A DNA stretch of 32,000 nucleotides from Prevotella phage Lak-C1: sequence record MK250029.1. One strand, 5' to 3'. This document shows, piece after piece, positions 9,518 through 19,557 of the stretch. The notes under the pieces were generated by a model, which saw only the letters and a program-made list of their open reading frames with translations, had not been told where the DNA came from and searched no databases. Position numbers and translations under genes: made by a program. Numbering within the stretch: position 1 is the first letter of the stretch; the number at the start of each line of letters is the position of its first letter.

Positions 9518-12500
9518 ATATTTTTATATTTACTTAAATCTAAATTATAATAATTCGGTAATATTTCTAATATATGATTAACTATATCCTATGATATATT
9601 ATATTTTTTAAATAATTGTATATCTATATCTTCTGGTTGATTATTAAAAATAGAGTCACTAAAATCAAACATCGGTATTGTTTTTAATTCACCTCTAAAT
9701 AAATGTAAATTTGTCTTATTAAAATATAAACAAATTCTAACAAAATATGTCATTAAATAATGCTATAAGTTTATTATATTATCTTTATTGGTTGTATTTA
9801 TATCAATATAATATTGTAAATATTGTTTATTTGTTTTGTCTTTTTCATTAATTAAATCACAATATTTACCAATATTTTTATTTAAGTCTCCTTTATACAT
9901 TAAAGAATAAAATGATAGTTCTCCACCAATTAATGCTGTTAATCTTAATACAATATTATTAATATTTTGATGTTTATTTATTTTTTTAGGTATATCTATA
10001 TTTCCAGGTACACCAAATATATAATTCTATAAGTTATCTTTTAAATATAAAGGTTCAACAATAGATTTAAATTTCATTAATAATTCATCATTCGAATATG
10101 CCGATATTTCTTTACATTTATCATATTTCTTTCCATCGAATAATATATAGCGTCTATTATGATTAATAGGATTATTCTCTTTAAACAACTAAATAGCCAT
10201 TACACCACCAATATTAGCGTCAAAAAATTCATTACCATTTATAGATTCTATATCACTATAATCCCATGTATCTACATGTTTAACAATATCCTTCTTCTAT
10301 TGTTTACCTAATAACCATGTACTAGGCTATACAGTACAAATTTCACTTCCTATTTCAAAATATTTTGCTAACATCTTATTAGCCAAATTATATGGTGGGT
10401 TACTCAATATAACATCAAATTTCTTTCCCTAATTCATCTTAATTATATCTTCATTTTTCATCTCAAGAAAATCCTTAACATCGTAAAAACCATTTCCGTC
10501 AATGTCATTTATCTTCATAATTATACTTTCCGGAAGCTATAAAGTCTTTAAAATCTTTCTAATAAAATTAATAGTCAATTCACTACTTGGAACTATCTTA
10601 CATTTCTTACAAACTTCAATTCCATAATCATTATATAACTATATAAAGAATTCACATACCTTTTCATTCACCAATAAAATACTATCCGCATTCTATACAT
10701 CTTCACGACTCAACTTCTTTACCATCTTACTAGTCAAACTAACAGGCGTTATAACTTCACTCTTATCTAATTTACCTAACTTACTAATAGCATTCTATAC
10801 TCTCTATATCGCAGAAATATTCTTATCATCCAATAAACACTTCAACTGATATATCAACATATTAATCTACATTATTTCCGCATCATTCATACGGCTAATA
10901 ATATCAGATAACTCATCAACATCAATCTTAAAATCCTTAGCAATCTGTTCACACTCTGAATCACTACATACCAATTCTATATAATTCATTATATCCTCAG
11001 GAATGTTATTCATACAGATACAACTATACAAAACAGACTTTAACATAGTCGTAAACTTCTTTTTCATAGTCTCTAATTCTGCCTTATCCTTCTTATCAGC
11101 TTTACTAACATTTCCAGACTTTTCCTATGCTTTATCTACAGCAGAATCAAATCCCTTATCATCAACAGGTAATTCATCACTTCCTTCTTTCTGTTCTAAC
11201 TTTGTCTAATTCAATAATCCTTCAGACCATCTCTAAATATATTTCATATTATCTAAATTATCCAAAAAAGAATTAAACTATTTCAAATCAATAGAATCTT
11301 CAATACTTCTTTCACGATTATACTTAACATATTGTTTCAATAAATCATCTGCTGTAATCTCATGAATTCCATTCAATATATGCTTTCCATTAGTATCATA
11401 TACACTGTCTACATATGTAGGAACCTGTTCAATACTCTTATTGATAAGCTCTTTAACTTCTTCAATATTATGTTTCTTATCTTTATCTGCACCACACTGT
11501 GAAACAGCAGAATTTACCATCATATTATACATTCGATCAACCTTAAAATCAATCAAATATACATTAGCCTTCCTACAAATTTTCTGTTTCTGTTCAACAC
11601 CATTTTCATCTGTATAAGTAGCATTACCTACATTTCTTGTACATAATCTGAATATTGCCTGATCATATTCCTATGGTGAAGCTGTATCTTTCATATAAAA
11701 CATTGCATCCCATAAAGGAACACTAACACCAGTTAAAAATCTGTTTACTGTAATAGTTAAAGATCTCTTTCCTTTATTCTCTAAACTCCATAATGCCTGA
11801 TTTAATGATGTAGAATCAGTCGCTTCAGGATCTAATTTTCTTGCATCTTTATCTTTTGCAGTTCTTCTTTCTGTCGCTACAATAATCTTTCTATATTCAT
11901 CTGATTCCGGATCATCATCGATAATATTTTTATCAATTAATAACTTTTTCAAAACATGACAATCATCAATATGTGGAAGAACCATTATAATATGCTTAAA
12001 TATTTCACCTTCCTTAATTCTTTTCTAATCTAAGAAACCTGGCATTTTATGATTATTCGCACCGAATATAGATTCCATTAATTCTGTAACAGCAGATTCA
12101 TTTTCAAACTTATCATTTGAATTTTTAAATAAAAATGATAATGATGTATTAATATCCTTATTTTTACTTAATACTTTTCTACATTCCTTTGTTAAATTCA
12201 TACCGAATTTAATCATATTAGGAATACCAAAATAAGGAGATTTACTTTCATCAAAATTATCATCATTAATATGCTCATCTACCCATTTATCACGCGCATC
12301 AATCATATCAGAGAATCCAACATTAGAAATGATTTCCTTATTCTTATAAATTTCAGAAAATTCTCCGCTTGCTAATATATAATATGGTGTACCAGAACAC
12401 TGTAATGTATACTTATGCTTTATTTCATCAACAGCTTTAGATATACGATCAACATCTTCAGCTTCTTTCTTTGCTTCTTTTAATTCTGTACTATTAGCTT

Positions 12501-13818
12501 CATATTTATTTTTTGCTAAACCTACAGCAGTTCCATATACATTTGAATGTGAACCATAATGAGTTTCATCTATAATAATCATATCTAATGGATATTCATC
12601 ATTATATAAGAATTTATGTTTATCTTTAATTACATTTGCATCAAATCCTTTCTTACCGGCAAGATCCTGTAAAGTTGCAAATACAATTACAGTTTTTCCT
12701 TCATCTATATACTGTTTTATCTTATTAGGATTTTCTTTCTTTACTTCTTCATATACACCCTTTTGGTTTTTCTTTGATATAGTTAAACTTCCGTCTGATG
12801 GTAATTCAATAAATACAAAATTATCCAAGAAATCTTCATGATTAATATCATCTTTCCATGCAGCTCTTACATCCGCTTTCGCAGAGGTAACTAATACATA
12901 TTTAATATCAGGCGCTTCTTTAATAATTTCATAACAACAATGAGTCTTTCCAAATCTCATAACAGCACTTAACAATAAATCTGTACATCCTCTCTTCATT
13001 GCATCAATAGCTTTGTTAATTGCATCCTGCTATAATGGAGTATTTTCATATGTATCAGCTGCACCATATTCATGATGTGTAGTTTCCTAATGAGTTTCTA
13101 AATCATATAGTTTACCTACATTCTTACCTTCTTTAATATCATTTTTAATTTCTGTTATAATATCAGTAATAATCTTTTCATTTAATTCTGATGATGTATC
13201 CTTTATTTTCATATCTTTATATTTCATAAAGAATTCAGATGATACATGAATATTTTCAATACCATCTTCTTTTGCTAATCTCTTAAATTCATCAAAATCA
13301 AATTTATTTGCAGGATCTTTTAAATTAGAATAACCATAACTACGTGTACGCGCATGAACATTAAAATCCATAAAGAAAACTTTATGCATTGCATTATCTA
13401 ACTATGTAGCAGTCCACCATCCTATTAATTTAGCATCACTATAATACTTCTGCCATTGTTTAACACGCTATTCAGCACCCTGAACGGTATAACCGATCTT
13501 AATGGCATTAGGCGCATATTTTGTAATAAACGCATAAATAATAGGTGTATTAGTCTGTAACAATTCTTCTTTAGAAAATGTCTGTCCTTTATGAATTTTA
13601 TCCAATTCAGACTACATACCTAAATGATTCTGATAATCATTATTTAATATATCATCAGAATCATTGTCTGTATCAGATTCATCATTAGTCTAATCATTAT
13701 TCTAATTTAATTCATCCTATTTCTATCTGATACTTTCATCAAAATTATTTGACATATCTTCATTTAATGATATAATATCCATATATGTCTATATAAGTTT
13801 AACTATATAACTCTTCAT
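9502..13818 (-). CDS. Fused SF2 helicase / N6-adenine methyltransferase with C-terminal specificity-like domain and possible N-terminal GIY-YIG-like (T5orf172-like) domain; Type ISP-like or Type IIG-like R-M protein, about 1438 aa with TAG=Gln
   Basis: Track ORFs 13087-13389, 12025-12999, 11671-11985, 11278-11556 and 10867-11067 lie in one frame separated only by TAG. Motifs: GKTHCCYEI (Walker A-like), MIIIDETHYG (DExH), LQCSGTPYY, TGVSVPLWDAMFYMKDTASP-Q-EYDQAIFRLCTRN (motifs V/VI), ITPVSLTSKMV, FDVILSNPPYNLANKM (NPPY), QPSTWLLGKQ. Confidence 0.88.
10144..10173 (-). repeat. Right arm of the 30-bp inverted repeat, inside the methyltransferase ORF
   Basis: See 8831-8860; same codon register in both copies (AAT CCT ...). 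Confidence 0.9.
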
Positions 13819-13820
13819 AT

Positions 13821-14288
13821 TTAAAGGAATATTTTTACAATATCACATGCTAATCCTTCTCTATCTTCAACAGGAATATAATTATAAATGATATAATTAA
13901 ACATTACACTTTTAGAATATTCTTTCTTTTTCTTACTCTTATACATCATCAAATCATAAACCTGATTTTCATTCAGATAATCATCAATAAGCCAATCCAC
14001 AACATTATCTATATCATCTTTCTTAAGAAAAGTAACAATAATATCAAAATAAGTTCCGTTCAACTCAATAGCCCTATTCGCAAATGAACTAAATCTTCCA
14101 AAATTCCTTTTCCTATAATCTTCAATAGATAAAGCTCCTTCACCTGTTAATATCCTACCTGCAACATATCTTCTAATAGCCTTACTGGAATCTTTAATAA
14201 GCTTGCACATCGTTGAACCATCATCATTGGTATCTATAAGTTTCTGAACCCTCTTAAAATCTTTATTCTCAACTTCTGTATAAACCAT
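13821..14288 (-). CDS. Hypothetical protein, 155 aa, upstream of and co-directional with the helicase-methyltransferase
   Basis: Complete ORF, TAA stop 2 nt before the next ATG. Confidence 0.7.
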   Translation of the reverse strand: MVYTEVENKDFKRVQKLIDTNDDGSTMCKLIKDSSKAIRRYVAGRILTGEGALSIEDYRKRNFGRFSSFANRAIELNGTYFDIIVTFLKKDDIDNVVDWLIDDYLNENQVYDLMMYKSKKKKEYSKSVMFNYIIYNYIPVEDREGLACDIVKIFL

Positions 14289-14437
14289 AATTATAAAATC
14301 TTTATTAGTTAAACAAAAATTAGCATATGAAAATTCATATTATTTATTAATAGAATTTTATATGTCTAATATATCATTATTTTATATAGTATAATAATTA
14401 AAAAGTCAATATATAAATAAAGAAAAATATTTTATAT

Positions 14438-15382
14438 ATGATAAAGAAACATCCGGGATTAATAGGTTTACCAAGACCGTCATTTATGAGTAGAACACAT
14501 ATATGTGAATATCACGATAAATTATATGAAATATCAAGAATAATATATAATATAAAAGAATACACAATAGACTTTAGTTTTACATTCAAATATATAACAT
14601 CATTTATTAAAGAAATAAATATTATATTATCTCATGAAGATATTAATAAAATAAAAAATATACAAATTAATAAAAATGAACATATAATTGATACATGTAC
14701 AATTTATATAAGTAAAGAATATATGTTTAATAAAGATTATATATAGGAAACAATATTAGAAAAATTAATATATGCATTTTCTATTTTATTAAAAAATGAT
14801 ACAAATATTGATGATAATACAAAAGAAGAATATTTATATAATCTTTTATATAGAGGCGATATTGATTTTAAACAAATTAGTAAATTATTTTATTATAGAG
14901 TTGATATATTAAATATATTAGGAAATTTATTAAATTATATATGTGAAGATAGTTATAAATTTAGTGATTATTTATATGGTTCAATACGTTATATACATAA
15001 AAGATATAATGATATAGATAATATTAAAATGTTAAGAAGAAAATATACATATCATGAAATAAAGAAATTAATGGATGATGAAGTTTCAATTAGAATAAAT
15101 GCTATTAAGCGAGAATATAAACAAATATATGATTATATTAATTATATAAATGAACCAAATATTTTTTCGACTTTATATCATTGGGATGAAGAATTAGAAG
15201 ATATTTATAAAATAATATATAATGTAGAAAACACAAAAGAATTTATAAATTATATTAAAAATAGAATAGATATATTTTTAAATAAAACATTACCAGATAT
15301 TCCAATTAAAGAATATGAAAAATCTAATTTAAAGAAATTATTTGATAAATTTGAATATAAAAAGGTTGAATATTACACATAA
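14438..15382 (+). CDS. Hypothetical protein, 314 aa with TAG=Gln
   Basis: Track ORFs 14438-14746 and 15029-15382 share one frame that is open between them except for TAG. Confidence 0.65.
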
Positions 15383-15393
15383 TATTCAACCTT
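15362..15393 (+). terminator. Bidirectional terminator hairpin (14-bp stem aaggttgaatatta / taatattcaacctt)
   Basis: Perfect inverted repeat at a convergent junction. Confidence 0.8.
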
Positions 15394-15401
15394 CATATAT
15401 A

Positions 15402-17306
15402 TTATAAATTTTCTATAATCTTATCTCTTTCTTCTTTTGTTATTATAATAACAAATTCTTTATTAGAACCAAAATGAGATCTATTTGTCAATGTTTCTTT
15501 TATATATGGAACATATTTAGTAATCAAATCATCTGTCACAAATAAATATTTCTCACAATCATAATTCTTCAAACAAATATCTATCCAACCATCACAATCC
15601 CTATTAACAGACTCAACACCAGGCCAATTCTCAATATTCCCATATGGTGAACATGTCAATAAACACTGATACTTACCTGTATTCGTACAACAATCAGCAA
15701 TATCTAAATCACATGTAACATTACATAATAAATCAGAATCAATAACAGGTTTCAAAAATTCATATATTTCCTTACTTTCCTTTACACTCGATTCACATAA
15801 ATCCCTACCTATATATGATTTACAACATGCCAATGTTCCTATCATTCTGCCACTATATCCTGAAAACGGATCAAATATTGTATCAAACTCATTAAGATAT
15901 TTCTTTATAAGATATTTTGCAAGATCAGGTTTAAAATAAGTAACAGTCTGAAACATCCTTGATGCATTCAATCCTATTCCATAAATAAAATCAGGAACAT
16001 AACATTCATCAATAAAATGCTTCCTTCCTTCTGATTTATACCAATCTGCAAACTTCAATCTGTTAACAAGAAGTTTCCTAAATAATTCCTTATCTGACTT
16101 AATTTTATTCCATCCTTCATATGGTGATATACTGTTATCAATATGTGCATATATAATAGACTTATGAAACTTCTTTATAATTTTAGAAGGTGTTCGCAAA
16201 TCTCTATCCTTTGATTTAATATATTCAAATTCTTTAATACATTCTTCCTCAGTAACAGGATGTACAGTAGAAGGTGGAAAATATATATCCTGAATCTTTT
16301 CAAACTCTCTGTCTAAATACTTATCAACAACTTCATTACAATGTGCTGTCGTGCAATTCGCGCTCTTACATAAATTATCTTCTGTCTCTTCTTCACCGTT
16401 TACAATAACCGGTTTATATTTAGGTTTACTTAATAATTCAGAAATATTAGTATATTTGTTAACCGATTTCTCTTTCTCTTTCTTCTTTTCTTCAGGTTTA
16501 TCTTCTTTTTTAACCTCTTTATGTTTAGTCTCTTTAACTTTCTTTTGTCCTTTAACTGGAAATGCTTCTTGAATACTGGTTTCTATTAAATCCTGTTTTT
16601 CAATGATTTCATTTATATTATCATCAACAGTATATTTAACTAACAAAACAGGTTTATATTTAAAACGCGGTGCTTTACTGGCACAACTTGTAGAACAATA
16701 TTTCGTATACAATTTTGTATTCTTTCCAATCCAAATAACAGGTTTTCCGCAAACAGGACATTTAGGTTTCTCATAAACACCTTTCCTTATTCGCTGAACA
16801 GTCTCAAGAATAGAAGATGAATCATCAAATCTATTATTCAAATAATCTAATATAATAGGATTATCTATAAGTTCAACATATTTGTCATATATAATATGAT
16901 TAATAACAACATAATCATTCATATATTCAGAATTATCTATAGACTTCTGCCATTCCTTAAATCTATCATCTCGATGTTCTGCAATTTTAAAACTGTCTTT
17001 ATATTGTTCTCTACATAATGAATTATACTTTGACTTACATATAGATGAATCACATGTTTCTTTATAACCGTTTCCTATTCTTCCACTCCATCTTGCTTTT
17101 TTACCACAAAACTTACATGTTACAACAGAATGCAAATCATGAATAACATAATATAACCTCTCTAATATATCTTCATGATGTGTTAAAAAATCTGTGAAAT
17201 CATAAACTTCTTTATTTACATCTTCATTATTTTTAACTATATAAATTAACTGTCTTAAACTTATTTCTTTATTATTATATTGTTTTAAATAATCATTTAA
17301 TTGCAT
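15402..17306 (-). CDS. DNA methyltransferase with N-terminal zinc-ribbon modules, 634 aa
   Basis: CKFCGKKARWSG...CDSSIC, CPVCGKPVIWIG...YCSTSC, DTIFDPFSGYSGRMIGTLACCKSYIGRDL (SAM-binding motif I), CLLTCSPYGNIENW (S/T-x-P-Y motif IV variant); no internal TAG. Confidence 0.78.
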   Translation of the reverse strand: MQLNDYLKQYNNKEISLRQLIYIVKNNEDVNKEVYDFTDFLTHHEDILERLYYVIHDLHSVVTCKFCGKKARWSGRIGNGYKETCDSSICKSKYNSLCREQYKDSFKIAEHRDDRFKEWQKSIDNSEYMNDYVVINHIIYDKYVELIDNPIILDYLNNRFDDSSSILETVQRIRKGVYEKPKCPVCGKPVIWIGKNTKLYTKYCSTSCASKAPRFKYKPVLLVKYTVDDNINEIIEKQDLIETSIQEAFPVKGQKKVKETKHKEVKKEDKPEEKKKEKEKSVNKYTNISELLSKPKYKPVIVNGEEETEDNLCKSANCTTAHCNEVVDKYLDREFEKIQDIYFPPSTVHPVTEEECIKEFEYIKSKDRDLRTPSKIIKKFHKSIIYAHIDNSISPYEGWNKIKSDKELFRKLLVNRLKFADWYKSEGRKHFIDECYVPDFIYGIGLNASRMFQTVTYFKPDLAKYLIKKYLNEFDTIFDPFSGYSGRMIGTLACCKSYIGRDLCESSVKESKEIYEFLKPVIDSDLLCNVTCDLDIADCCTNTGKYQCLLTCSPYGNIENWPGVESVNRDCDGWIDICLKNYDCEKYLFVTDDLITKYVPYIKETLTNRSHFGSNKEFVIIITKEERDKIIENL

Positions 17307-17473
17307 AATAATACTTTATTATTTCTAATAATATTTATATGTTAAAAAAACTCGTTTGTTTTATAATATTAATGGATTTGTTTTCAAAGACTTTCATATT
17401 AAACATATATATAATAAATAAGATGTAATCTTTATAATTTAGATATATATTATAAATTAAATAATTTAGACAA

Positions 17474-18079
17474 ATGAAATATGTAAGTGCAAAAGAAGCA
17501 AAGAAATATTTTTAGATTTCAGGTTAGACATTGAAGGTATGGAAAGATACTAATAAAATTTTAACTAAACAATTTTCATAGAAAAAAATTTTATATGATA
17601 TTGATTCAGTAAATAATGATAATAATATTACAAATACCAGGAAGAATGTAATATATGCAAGAGTTTCATGTAGTAATTAGAAATAGTCATTAGATAATTA
17701 GATTGAATTAATTAAATCATATATGATTTCTAATGGTATTAAAGTAGATGATATATATTCAGAAATATCATCAGGTTTAAATGAAGATAGAAAAGAATTA
17801 GCTAGATTAATTCATGATATTGATAATGAACAAATTAATAAAGTATATATATCATTTAAAGATAGATTAACACGATTTGGATTTAATTATTTTAAAACCA
17901 TGTTTGAAAATCATGGTACAGAAATTATTGTATTAGATGATAATGAAGATACAAATAAAGACTATAAAACAGAATTAGTTGAAGATTTAATTTCTATTAT
18001 ACACAATTATTATACTAAATTATATTCTAATAGAAGAAAAGAATTAAAAGAAATAGAAAAAATTTTAAAAAATGAGTAA
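17474..18079 (+). CDS. tnpA: IS607-family TnpA-like serine recombinase with N-terminal MerR-like HTH, 201 aa with 6 TAG=Gln
   Basis: MKYVSAKEAKKYFQISGQTLKVWKDTNKIL...NVIYARVSCSN-Q-K-Q-SLDN-Q-IELIKSYMISNGIKVDDIYSEISSGLNEDRKEL...VYISFKDRLTRFGFNYF. Confidence 0.9.
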
Positions 18080-18130
18080 TTTTTTAAAATAATTTAGATA
18101 AATATTATAAAGATTACAAAAGTTACAAAA

Positions 18131-19480
18131 ATGCAAGTATTGAAGATTAAATATCAAACAGATAAAGAATCATTAGATATTATACGGAATTATATGAGAC
18201 AATATAGTTCTGTATAGCATTTTGTATATAATAGGATATAGGAAGGTAAATTATAGAAAGATATAAAACAATAGATTAAGTTATTAAATAATGTAGATTT
18301 ATTAGATAGTTGGTTTGTTTAGTGTAGTTTTTATAATATACCTAAAGTTGATAAAGTAATATTTGGTGGAAAGAAGAATTATTTTTAGAGATTAAAAAAT
18401 AATATATCTAAAGAACAGTTTAAATAGAAACGTTTATCCCCTATATATTCAATAGGTGAAGTTATAAACAAATCTGTTAAAGGAAATAGAAAATTTCATA
18501 TAGAACAAGACTTAGAAAATATTATCTTTAAACCTAATAAATTAACTAAAATAAATTTACAACTTATTGGTTTAAATAAACGAAAGTAGATGTTATCTAA
18601 ATTATATTAGAAACAAGAAAGAAAAGAAATAAAAATAGCTTATAAATTAGATTTAGAATATATCTATATAATATTTGAAGAAACTGATATTTATAATTAT
18701 GAAACAAAATTTATAAAAAATAGAGTTCTTGCATTAGATTTAAATCCAAATTATATTGGATGGTCTATAGTTGATTGGAAATCTGAGAGTGAATTTGATG
18801 TTATTAAATCAGGTGTTTATTCAATTAAAAAATTGAATGACATAGATTTTGGTTTAAAAAATAAAGGATATAGTTCAGAATCTAATGAAAGAAAATATAT
18901 TTCTGTTAAAAGAAATTATGAGACTTTACAAATTGTAAAGAATATAGTGAATAAATCTATATATTACAAATGTCAGATTATATCTATTGAAGATTTAAAT
19001 ATTAAATCAAGTGATAAAGAATTAGGTAAACGATTTAATAAGTTAGTAAATAATTCATGGTGTAGAAATGCATTTGTGAATAATTTAACTAAAAGATGTA
19101 ATATTCATAATATTAAATTATTGAAAGTGAAACCTGAATATTCTAGTTTTATAGGAAATTTCTTATATAGAAGTTTAAATTTACCGGATATGATATTAGC
19201 TTCAATAGAAATAGGAAGACGCGGATATGAGTTTTATAATCAATATATAAGTAAAGTAAAAGAAATTAAAAAGAATATAGTAAGACCGAATTTAAGTATA
19301 TTTCAAAAGTTGTATCTTAAGTCGTTGGAAGAATTTAATTTACAGCCGATATACAAGGATTTGATTGAATTATATTACTTCTTCAAAAAGTCGAAACTTA
19401 AATATCGACTTTCTATAGATTCATTCAATCTATAGTTTTCTAGCTTTTATTCGAATACAAGTTTAATTGTATTTATATAA
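18131..19480 (+). CDS. tnpB: TnpB-like RuvC nuclease, 449 aa with about 10 TAG=Gln
   Basis: With TAG=Gln: SSVQHFVYNRIQEGKLQ..., VIFGGKKNYFQRLKN, NRVLALDLNPNYIGWSIVDW (RuvC-I), QIISIEDLNIKSSDKELGKRFNKLVNNSWCRNAFVNNL (RuvC-II), LLKVKPEYSSFIGNF..LPDMILASIEIGRRGYEF (RuvC-III-like). Track ORF 18833-19435 is its 3' part. Confidence 0.82.
19387..19473 (+). ncRNA. Candidate TnpB-associated guide RNA scaffold (omegaRNA/reRNA): three consecutive hairpins at the 3' end of tnpB
   Basis: AAAGTCGA/TCGACTTT (19387-19412), CTATAGATT/AATCTATAG (19413-19435), AATACAA/TTGTATT (19454-19473), all perfect stems. Confidence 0.4.
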
Positions 19481-19557
19481 ATTATAATGTTTATAATTTA
19501 TTATAATAAAAGTATTTAAGGCAATTTAATAATTTATTACGATACCATGAAGATTTA

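Larger units (their letters stand above)
17474..19480 (+). mobile_element. IS607-like element (serine recombinase + TnpB-like nuclease); exact ends not determined
   Basis: Adjacent co-oriented tnpA/tnpB pair characteristic of IS607; the coordinates given are only the gene span. Confidence 0.8.

Noticed and set aside
11000-13818. Treating the fragments 13087-13389, 12025-12999, 11671-11985, 11278-11556 and 10867-11067 as separate decayed genes
   Set aside because: All share one frame, are interrupted only by TAG (never TAA/TGA), and carry helicase and MTase motifs in the correct order.
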